Both the position numbers and the translations under genes were made by a program. From the NCBI GenBank assembly GCA_965203295.1, contig CBDBCZ010000015.1, positions 224,001 to 288,000 of the forward strand: DNA of 64,000 nucleotides, read 5' to 3'. Shown here in pieces: positions 1 to 12,000 of the stretch; within the stretch, counting starts at the first letter, position 1; each line of letters begins with the position of its first letter. Source of the DNA: Nitrospirales bacterium. GTDB lineage: Bacteria; Nitrospirota; Nitrospiria; Nitrospirales; UBA8639. The notes beneath the pieces were generated by a model. The model saw only the letters and a program-made list of their open reading frames with translations. It was not told where the DNA came from and did not search any database.

Positions 1-3000
1 GCTCAGGTAGGGTAGCAGAACAAGGTTGTGGAAGCCTTGTGAAGAAATGACATAGATTGATAATGGTCTAGTATATGCACGCTTTGCATGCAGCCTAATT
101 AGTCTTGTCTTTGGAACATTGCCAGTAGTGTGCACTGTATTGTATATTTTACCTGTACTATGCTGTTTTTTTGGCAGGTACTATGTAATGGATTTCAATG
201 TTGCAGAATATGCTGTTACCATTCGCCAGAGCCAGCTGTTGCGGAGAAGAGAAAGGGAGTGGGGATCTATACGACTGGCTGTAGAAGGTAAGTTTCATGA
301 TGATCTCATAGGTTTTGACTACCACTATTCATGTACATGTACATATAATTTATATCATGCAAATTCACAAATAGGATTTATTCACGTACCACACCATACC
401 ATAGCACATATTCTTCTACAGATCCCCTGATACCCAGGAGCAATCTGGCGAGAGCTGCCTGCAGTGACAGAGGTCAGTAGATTTACTATCAACCCATATG
501 ACTGTTGGAGCTACAGGTTGACAACAGCAATGAAATCCCCTCGTACCCTGTACATCTCTGCTTAGTACTGTACTTATAGCTCCAGCTTGTTGCTCTCACT
601 TCAACTCTCAATACTACGTGCATTACATACCATCACCCCCCATATATCAACCTGTGTTATGGGTGGTGATATTCACCTCGAGCTCTCCATTTTACCTTTT
701 CTTTGGGAAGGGGGGAGCCTGTGGTGTACCCATAATTATGTTATTGGCCCATTATTTGTGCAGTATGTGCATACTTTGAATTGAGATTATGTGGTGTGCC
801 ATGACTCCTCACAGAAACTGAACGTAAAGAAACCCTAGCTATACATCATCTTTTCTTAATTTACACCCTAGGATCATATGGTATACGTTTATCCCCTTTG
901 TGACCTGTCCTTCATGCCAAACATTATTGTACTTATATGCCACCTTTCTACCTTAGATCTCTTCATTTAGGCAGTATTGAAGTGTACATTGCTCTTTGCT
1001 TGTGTTTTTCAGTGTATACCTACCTGATAACAGCTCTGAAGCAGACACTGCTTTACTTCAGCCACTCTACAACTGCTGTCCAGAGTAAAGGTACTTTTGT
1101 ACATTATAGTAAGGCTAGTACGTAGTTGTATCACAGTACAATTGAAGGCATGCACATGGTGTGTACGTACGTCCTGTATCTGTGCTCCCAATGCATGTTC
1201 TGCTTGGTCTGGAGTTGGCATAACTAAGGCTACCACTGCGTACTACATACAGCAGCCCAATGCTAGTGCAACATGGTCATTCAGTCACCATGTATTCCTC
1301 ACTTCATTCCATGATTTTCATTTTAATAATTATTACAAGTGCATTTAGATATACTACCGTAGATCGGGAAATTTTCGTCGTTAAAAATATTTCGTCGGCG
1401 AGCTCTAAGTCGAAAATTTAACACGCGAAATATTTTCAGCGTTGAATAATAAGATCGTTGAATAATTTTCACAATTCCACGTGAAGAGAAAGTAGCCAGA
1501 AGTGGAGAAATCATGGTTCTGCTGTGGTATTTGAAACCAATCGGGTGTGTTCCCGATCCTAGAGGGTCGCTGTCTCGCTTCTCAAGCGATCGCGGAAGCG
1601 AACAAACAATGAGCAAGTATTGACTGAAGGCTCTAAGCGTGGTCCTTACACGAAGTACAGCGCCGCCGTTCGCGCAGCATGGGCGTCGGTTGCATTCCCA
1701 CACTCCCGCTGACATGCTAGGTCCTCTCCAATGGCCGCTTCCCAAAGTTCTCGGTAGATATGGTACCCCCTAAGACACGAAAGCACTCCATTTTCTTTTC
1801 GCACATGTGTGTGATCCGTGTACGTACGTACATGGATTCCGTTCCGCATACGCTACTCGCAACTCGCGTAAAAAAATCGTACCGTTTAAATTTCGTCGCG
1901 TTTAATTTTCGTCGGTTACTAGATCGACGAAAATTAATTACGCGAAAATTTAACAGATGAAAATTTCTACCGCTGAAAATTTCCCGATCTACGGTATATC
2001 CTACTTAGTTGCAAACAATTTTGAGTACATACGTGTAAAGTTACAATTCACTTACGGAATTACACCTTGAAGCACCCTTGCTTCAATTAATACCCACTTC
2101 TGACTCTCACCTACAAGGCAGTTCTGCACACCAAACCAAATTACCTGTCTTAGGAGTCTGGATAAAGGTGGATTGTGCGCCTACCTAACGGCATACCCAC
2201 TACCATATAGAGAGTCTGTATGTATGGTGACATAATTATAGAGATTCTGTATGTATAGTGAGAGGCTTAAACTGCCCAGAAAGGACAGAAGTGCTTCCTG
2301 AATGCCCAACAGATTCTGTCCCCTCATCCCTGGCAACACATTACCATGGGGACCTTATTCTCTGTTGTTTGTAATACTGATGGATGTACTTAAGTAATTA
2401 CTGTGCTAGTAATGCCCATGGAGTATTGGCATATCACCTGCAAATATTATATCCAGTACACTAACAATTGATTGGGTACGCATACATAGCTATATACGTA
2501 GTGTACAATTTTCTTATGGATTTGAAAATTCTCTGCAACCAGTAGCAATGGTGCTGAAATGTTCAATTTACTCTCTCCTTTATTTTATTGGATTATCTGC
2601 AGAAGATTGTCCACCTGAAAATGAAGATGTGGAATCAGGTGACAAACATGTCCATGCCACTCCAGTGGGAAGTAAGGAGAGTGTCCCTACTTGCAGCCTG
2701 GCCAACACCAAGCCACTTATTGATGTGAAAAGAAATCCTTCTCTTGAGATATTTTCAGATCACAGTCCGAATGAGAGTGAAGAGCCAAGTAGTGAGCAGA
2801 AGCACAGACGTAGTGTTACAGATGATGATGGAAGCATTGTCTTTGCTGCATTCCATGAGTTGGAGTCACCACTGCCTCCCAAGAAGTCCTTGGACATTAG
2901 TTTTCAGAGTGATTCACATTTGTCAGGGGCATGCTATACAGAAATTGAAGATTCACAGTCTACCATACAGCCTACACAACCTCGTTCTTCAGAAGCGAAT

Positions 3001-6000
3001 CAAATGCAGCTAGCTTCTGACATCCAATTTGGTTCATTTGAATTGGATAGAAAAGAGGAAGAGCATGAAGAAGAGCGTGTACAGCAGAAGTCTGAATGGG
3101 GAACCCTGGTTGTTAAAGTACCAGAGGACTCTACACAGCAGAAACCCCAAAGCCCTCAGCCACTGAATGGATGTAGCAGCCCCGTGAGTAGCCAGAGCAA
3201 TGGAAAGAGGTGTTCCCCTCCAGAACCTCTGGTGCCTAGTGAAGGTTCAGTGAGTCCTATGTGTACTGAAAAGTACAAGGAAGGGGATCAGGAATACGTT
3301 TTCTCTGCTGAAAATTTTTCATTAGATGTAAGTAATCTATATTGTACTGGACAGTACACACATATAATACAGTATGTTAGCCTTGTTTCCAGGTACTTTG
3401 AGTGTCCCGCTTGGCTTGAGACAAAGGGTGTAATGTCATATAACCTTGCTAAGAATGTACATGTACATGTAGGCTTTTTGAGACAGTGCTGTTCAGTATA
3501 ACCTTGAATAGTGCAATGATCTTTGCTACACACACACGCACACACAGCTGCAAGAGTATCCTACTGCATGCCTCAACTGCAAGAGAGCTGTAAAGCATAT
3601 TGCGAAGGTTAGCCATGACAGTGAGGTACTTGTTAAAGCAGTGGATGGTACGTTCATCTGTCTTAATTAATCCTATAGTACTGCCCCGAGAATGAGCTTC
3701 CAGCTAGGAGAGCACCCAAGACACTTCCTAGTAGAGAGTCTCTCAGAAAGATAAAGGAAATCTTCAAGAGATACATGAGTAAGTTCTACAACACATCAAT
3801 ATATTGACATAATTATAGTTAAATGGCAAAATTACATGTATTAACAGCTATATACATTGTACAATGTAGTGGGTCAGACACATCATCACATAAGAGGTAA
3901 TCTTGGTTGTTCCTGGCAACTGTATCAGAACCTAAAAAGAGTGGAACAGAACTCTTAACACAGTGTAAACCAACCACTATATGGCTCTAAAATTGTGTGT
4001 AGTGGTAACATATCTTGTTTCAGCATCAGTATTCACTTTCTTGAAGTAGTATATACACGTGTACATGTACGTAGCTTTTGTATTCCTGTAGTGGGCACAG
4101 CTTCAAGTTACTATGTAGATTTGCATTACATATACGTAGTACATAATATATTTCATACTCTAGCTAGCACACTGATGGTACAGTTCATGGTGGCCATCAA
4201 CGTACCTTTGCTACAGTATTTTGCATGCCTATGCTACAGCAGGAAGGTGTATCAAGCAAAAAACATGGGGACAAAAAATTCTCGACACATTTTGCAAAAA
4301 TGGAGCAAGTTTTTTCTTGAAATAGAGTGCACAAAAGCTCGATCACTACTGCAATGCTAGCTGGTGCACACCTGACACAGAACCAGTGCAAATTAGGGGG
4401 ATACAGCAATAAACAGTAGCCCATGGCACAGAAAAAAACAAAGCTTAATAATGTGTGTGTTCGTTTACAGGGGGCCATGCAATAAGCTTACAGCCCTACC
4501 ATTTGAGTTCTAGATTTTATACAACTGCTAGCACACACTAGTACGTATTTATGAGCTACATGTACATGTAGCATGGATGTGTCCATACTTCACCCTTCAT
4601 ACGTACATTACTATGACCATACATAATGATTTAGCAAAGTTCACTCCATTTGTTGCTCTGTGCCTCTCCTCTCTTCCTATACCACGCAACAAAATTGCCT
4701 AGTTTACTACATTGATTGAAGTACATTCACTACAGCATGGGTCACTGCAAAAATTAATTAAAAAACCAGATGTTCAATATAGAGGGTGCACTGTAGTGGC
4801 ATGGCCTAGCATGAAAAGCGACAAGGAGGAAAGTTGTTAGAAAATTTTAGAAGCGTAAAACTTTGCAGCTTGGTTGTTTAATTGCTAGATCAACTTGATC
4901 TAGTAATCAAACTATGAGTAAGCCAGTTCAATATTGTGCTTAATATTTATGCTACATGTATGTGCACATGGCGGTGCTGTGGACTCCAATTTGTATTTGT
5001 TATATACTTTGATGAACCGCTGGGACTGCAGTACTGAACCCTTTGTGTCTCCTACAATAGAGAGTGTGATGCCACGGGAGCAGCACCTGCAGATGAGGCA
5101 GAGCATTTGTGACTCCATCCAGGCAGACATCCTACAAATATTCCCCAGTAAGTCTCATAAATGTACATGCAGTAATCCATTACACATTGATATTCTTAGC
5201 AGAAATACATACATTCTCTACCATTTGTGGGGGGAGGCCTTCCAATGAGAAGATATGAGGCTGGAACTGAAAATTCTACACTATTGTGTCCATGTCTACT
5301 GACAATAAAACTTCACAAGGTTTATTCTTTTCTTGGGACTTAATGGTAACTGATAACTACAGCATGCATTGTTGTACTCTCTCCCACACATTTCATCTTC
5401 TGCTGATGATCTCACAGAGAGTATCCCATGTAGAAAGTCATGTAAACATATGAACAGCTGCATCTTTATCTGGTGTATTGTATCTTGTGATGACCTAGGT
5501 ACATTGTGGCTACCTACGGGTGACACCACTATTCAACTCCTGAGATATAATATGAACACAACAATTTGTCTACATTTTCATCCGTGAAATCCTTTTGTTA
5601 ACATGCCAACATGAAATGGTCCCTACAAGCCGCTGAGGATAACACATGCTACGAAGGGCTTTCATGTACACATATTATATAAAAACTAACTATATTTGGT
5701 TTGCAAATCCAGCAGTAAAAAAAATTGCAGATAATATTTTTTTTTCTACAGCAGCCAGTGTTGAGCTGTTTGGATCCTCAGCCAATGGGTTTGGCTCCTT
5801 CTTAAGTGATCTGGACCTCTGTATGATGTTGGGAGAAGAAGAACAAGAAGAAGTATGTTGTACTTAAGCTAGACAATTCCATTGCAACAACTTTGGTGTG
5901 CACGTACATGATACTTGGTGATATTGAATTGTTTCTGTTCATTTTATATGTATAGGATAGATCACTGCGTAGCGGGGTGTATGACCAGTTATCTACTGTG

Positions 6001-9000
6001 GGAAAAGTTATCTCCCGCGGAAGCCGAGGAACTTCCGAGGCTTCCAAGGGAGATAACTTTTCCCAAGGTAGATAACGGGTCATACAACCTGCTATGCAGT
6101 GATCTACCTATTTTGTACTATGCCTGAGTCATTCTAACAAGAGTTGGTAGGTCTGTAAAAAAGCTAGAAGCTTGAAAGGCACGATACGGCAATCCGGCCA
6201 ACTGACATCAAGACTCGATTAAGACAGAGTAGCAGACTAAGCTACAGCAGGGAAAGCACTCCCAGAAACTGTAGCAAGACCGAGTGACAGCTAGGAGCCA
6301 CAGTAAGTAACCATCCATCCCGAGCCTACACAAAACGGTAGGCTGGCAGCGTTACTACACGCACAAAACTCAGCGAAACTAGAGAACAGTAGCTTACCGT
6401 GCTTTTCCATATCACTTTCCAACGATTTACGAGTAAAATAGCCGCCATACGTTTTGCCTAGGCTCCCTCAGCCACCAGCTATTGCAGCTTTCTCACCGTT
6501 TGAACGACTGGAACGGAATCGGGTACCTGCCTCACGTAGCAGTTGGGGTATATTTTTCCCTGCGGTGGAATATGACCTGTTATCTACCCGTAATGCTGAA
6601 ATCTGATTGGTTAGAATGACTTAGGCATAGTATAAACTATACATATATGTACATTAGTATAACTTATTGCAAAATTGCATATTATGGTTATACAATACCT
6701 GTCCTCCAGCTCAGCAAAAGTGAAGTGATCGAAGCAGTAGCTGCTGAGTTGGATAAGTACCCAGGTAATGAATATAAGCAAGAGTTGATAACACGTACTG
6801 CTTTTCACTTCTTGAGTGTTGTTTTCATCGTTTCTACATGGTCATTTTACAGGCAAATACCAGTTTATCTTGCCAATCACTACCGCCAGAGTGCCGATAG
6901 TGAAATTCCTGCTAGTAAGGCGGTAAGTCATAGTTCATCTATTTTAGGATGCCTTTCAGTAGTTGTGTACATGCATGAATATAAAAATATATCTAAAAGT
7001 ACAAGAAGATTGTCTCTCATCTAATGCATACTCTACATTCACTACAGGCGCCTTGAGTGTGACATCAGTCTGGAAAACCGTCTGGTATGTACAAGTACAT
7101 ATGTTACATGTACTACCTCTAATTCTATATGGATGTAAAAACTGGGTATGCTTAATTAAATTATTTATTAATTAAATTAATAATTTATTGCTTTAGGCCC
7201 TGAGAAACACAAAAATGCTGGCAGCGTATGCTCGCATAGATGATCGAGTGAAGATATTGGGCTATGCCGTCAAGCACTTTGCTAAAGTAAGCAGCTGCTA
7301 TTGTGTGCACTATTATATGAGTTATAGCTTCAATTGTAGGAAACATTGTGTGCAAAGGTGCAGTACCTATCTGTGTATATAATTTGCTGCCAAGTAGCCG
7401 CCAAAAAAAAACAGAGAGATAGTAGTGGTGAGCCACATGTACTGATATAATTATGTAAACATGGTTAGTTGACTGGGCAAATAACAGCACCGTTTGTGCT
7501 CTGAAAAAAAAACAGCAAACAGAAACGTTACGCTACGTACTCTCCAAATGCATTTCTTCAACAAATTGTTCCAGGACTTTTCTCTTGGAAACCAGTCCAA
7601 TATTTCGAAAAACAGCCAGCCAGTACATTAACCACAGCTCAGCTCAGAAACAGGACAGGCCTATTGCAGCTATTAATAGTATAAGTAACTAATTGCAGTA
7701 TTATACTGAAAGTGCTGACTTGGCCGTTGTCAGCTCATGTTTCGAGAGTCGGCTATGTTCAGTTCATCTCACCGACTCCCTCAGTCTGTCAAGCTTCCTG
7801 ACATGTTGGGCTTTCGTTTCTTGGAAGGTTTTCTCCGTGGCTGATCTGTACATTTTTGTGATATGGCTGAAATCTTCCAGTGTCATACAGCATCCCAGGT
7901 TCTGTTTCAGCCAGCGTGCCTCGTCCTCAAATCGCTCCTTCTGAGCTGAGGACCACCGAATTCACTCTTGGAGGTAAAGCTGGCTCAATCTTTCGGCAAA
8001 CTGGTATCCTCTGCGAGTCTTCACAAGCGGTTGTACTCTTAGACTGTCTAGTATCAAGTTCTCATTCTTGCAACGAAGGATAAGCATCGTATGATTCCTA
8101 AGCCTAGCTATCTAGTTCTGAGCTGTACTGCTCACGTCTTCGACACAATACCTCAAAGAGGATCTCCGTTGGTTTTTGGCATTTATGATGATCAGAGTTC
8201 TCTTTCTACCAACCAGGAATTTGACTTCTCAAGTCTTCAAATGCCACCGCAAATTTGGCTTCTCAAAACCTTCATCTTTAAATACTGACGTTTTGACTGC
8301 TGGGCTGCATTCTTCCTCAGAGCAGACATCAATACATTACAGGCAAAACAGAGAATGAACAGTCTATGGTCTAGCCTAATCAGCTTCTAGAAGCGAAGCC
8401 CTGACAGAGTCTTGACAGAGTCTGAGTCCAGACAGAGTCCAAACCAGAGGGTCCTAATTTCAAAACAATGTAAACGCAAATCAGCCTAACCCTAATTGTC
8501 TTATTCAGGTGTGTGACATGGGAGATGCCTCTACTGGAAGCCTTTCTTCCTATGCCTATATTTTGATGTTGATCCACTACCTCCAGAAGACCAGCCCCCC
8601 AGTTGTTCCTGTTCTTCAGCAGGTACGTAAGTACGATTACTAATGCCAATCTGAAGTGTTTATCCAGAAATACTGGAAGATTCTGACAAACAATTTGTGG
8701 TGGAATTGGAGTATTTATTCATTTTGCTCTCTTCCAGTGTCCAGAATTCTATTTAGAATGTGTGTAAATTACATAGTAACAGTAGTGTCATGGATAGGCA
8801 TGCAGAAACTAGGTCTTCCCACACCGGAAAAAAAAAAGCTGTGTGGAAATTTAGGCCTGGGTCTGGCAGTAGCGCCAAATATAAAACGAATGTTCGTCAA
8901 AGTCTACCTGTTTGGAGAATCCTACCCCTCACAGTTTTAATGACAGTAATACTGATCAAGATACACGACATGGCTAAGCAGTATAAGAGTGGCTTATTGA

Positions 9001-12000
9001 TGTTAAAGGCATAGTACTATAAACAGAATTGCTAGCAAACTACAGCTGCTCCCTTTGTGGATATAGATTTTCACTTACTGGAAAACGTGGTGCCACTTCA
9101 TTTAATGTTGGAATGCATGTGTCCAGCCTCTGTCATACCTATAGCTGTACAAGTGTGTTAAGAGAGAGCTGGAATGTGGCGAATATACGTGTAGCTCTAT
9201 TAGATATACATGTACATGTATGTACACTATTAGATGTACATACATGTAGCATCAATAAGTCACTCTTATACTGCTTAGCCATGTCGTGTATCTCGGGGGG
9301 AGAGGCCTAATGAGAGAGTACTTACAGTTGGAATTGGCTGGGTCCTACTGGCAAGTGCTACTAGCGGGTTTAGTGGCTATATAAAGCTTGCCTACTGCTC
9401 CTCTGCCAAGGGGTTCCAGTAGCTCAGTGGTAAGAGCATCTGACTAGTATTTAGAAAGTCCTGGGTTCAATCCCCAGCTGGGTACCGTTTTGATTACTCT
9501 CTCAGAAAGCTTATCATCTCTTGAAGAGTTGAATTGCAATGTGACTACTTAGTTTTATGTTCTATGTCTTTGGTGGTTTAATTACCCCGGCAGTCTGATC
9601 CAAGCTAAGTTTGGGTGTAGCACGTTTATCCTGTTTAGATGGGGGGAGAGGCCTAATGAGAGAGTAATTACATGTGGAATTGGCTGGGTCCTACTGGCAA
9701 GTGCTACTAGCGAGTTTAGCGGCTATAAAAGTTGCCTACTGCTCCTCGGCAAGGAGTGGATTGTGGTGCATGTGTGTGGTTGGCAAGATGGCAATCTGTG
9801 AAACTTTTGTGGTGTCAATCATTCCTACCTTGTTTAGTGGCTTTTTTTTTATTCTAGCCCTACATGTGCCGTCATTTTTTAAAATGATTTTTCTAAAACT
9901 TATTGAGCCCAGGAACATGGTGTATATTAGTGTGGTTGTGTGCATGCTTTTGTGGTAATGATTAAGCCGTCTTGCATGTAGCACAATCAAATTATTATAG
10001 TGTAACAGTTAGCATACATGCACCTTGCGGAATATGCTGTGAGTGCTTTGTTGAAGATTTATGTTCATTGCAATTATGTCAATCCTCAGTCAGTAGTGTG
10101 TATACATGTAGTAATTTTGTGTGGATGCAGTTGTTTGGTGTGGTTCTGTGAGGTAGAGCATAGGGATGAAGTTAAAGCTGATCTAGCTAGCTGATGATGT
10201 GAGTGCAAGTGACTATAATCATTGAATCACTACCCTAAAATTGTCCTGCATCACTCTATAAATTGTTTAATTAACCCTCCTTGCGTGTGCACATGGGGTA
10301 ACAATATAACACTGAGGGAGGCAAACAGAAACTCCACTACAACCTCTGGTTCTAGCCCTGAACATGTTCAGCGTTATCTCTAGAGATGTACGTATGCACA
10401 CTAAGGCATGCACGTTTACAGTGGCATTGCTGCTGTTGCCTTGGTTTGGCCATTATTATATGAACTTACCACTCTTACGTAATTTTACATGATAGGCTAA
10501 ATGTAGTAGCTACTGTACATAACGTGGTCTTAAAAATTGAACCCAAATTTGTTTTTGTTTGTAGCTCTTCCAAGATGGCGTGACCAGCTGTACTGAACCA
10601 ACCATTGATTCATGGAACTGCTACTTCTATGAGTTTTCAGATGCACAAAAAGAACTGGTAAGGCTCCTAGCTCACTGGTGGCTCTCAATCTTTGCACCTT
10701 AATTATAACAGTTAGTTGAGGGGCATACTCCGGGCCTTTGGGGATGACAAGGCTTGTTTTGATGAGACTTGTAGTCTACTATTTTGAAAGAATAGGCAAT
10801 CTGGTGGGTCCCATGTCCATGGTAGCCTCATTTCAGGCCACTTAGAAATTGGAGTGGCCTTGGAATGTGACAATGCCACCATAAGAGGTGAGTAGGCAAG
10901 TTGTTCTTAGCTTGCATGGTAACAGATAAAAATTTGAAGCGGGTTTTATACGAGAAGCTGGCTTTCACCTTCATCCTTTTGATTAAATGCTAGCAGTCGC
11001 CTTTGCTCGGTAGTGCAGACAGGCTGTCTGGTTGCATAACTGGATACCCAGCTATGTAACTGGCAGTCAGTTATGCAACCAGACAAGTTACATAAATCCT
11101 TAGGTGAAGAAAGCCTTATTTCATATCTCTTAATTCATATGCAAGTTTCTACGCACTGCTAAAATATCAGTTACTTACTCTAAGCTTTTCGTACTCTGGG
11201 GTGGGTATTTGTTTTGAGTGTTCTTCAATTTGAGTCCATCGACTCTATTGCTAGACAAGTAAGCAGTATTGTCTCTTTCATTTGTCCGCTATATATAGCA
11301 TATGTCACCCACACTGAATGGTATAGTCCTTTTTACCTCAGGCTAAAGTATGGCCAGACTACAACAAGAATGAGCAAAGTGTTGGTGAACTCTGGTTGGG
11401 ATTCTTGAGGTGAGGACACAGAGTGCATGGGTTTGTGATACAAGTCTGCAGAAGAAAGATATACATGTACATGTGTCTTTTTTTTTAGGTATTTTGCCAC
11501 AGAGTTTGATTGGAGCAAGAATGTGGTCACTATCAGGCAGCTTCAGACTATGACAAAATTTGACAAATGGTGGATGAGCAAGTGCATGTGTATTGAAGGT
11601 ACATAGTAGTGATATCAAATAGACAATTATTGCTATATCTGAATGTGTTTACATATATACACTTTATAGATATGCATATACTGCTATGTGCTTACTTTAA
11701 GTTTGCCTACTGTAGGACCGGTTATAATTGCGATAATTTATTAATTGTGAATGCGAAGATTTTTTGAAGCTCGCAAAAAATTAGAACACAATCATGCGTT
11801 ACGCAGTACGCACACGCATAAACGCAATTACGCAATTTGCATTCAAAACGCGAAAAACACAAGATTTTACTACGCAATTAAAACCAGTCCTATAGTATAA
11901 CATTTGTGGTGACAAATTTAGCACGTTTCGCGGATATCAATGTTGGCAGTTTGTCTTTCTTCAGAAGGTAGTAACAGTTCACTTTTTTTTTCAAAGCCAT

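Noticed and set aside
9412..9486. Functional tRNA-Thr gene
   Set aside because: Acceptor and anticodon stems are imperfect and it is embedded in a repeat; kept only as tRNA-like.
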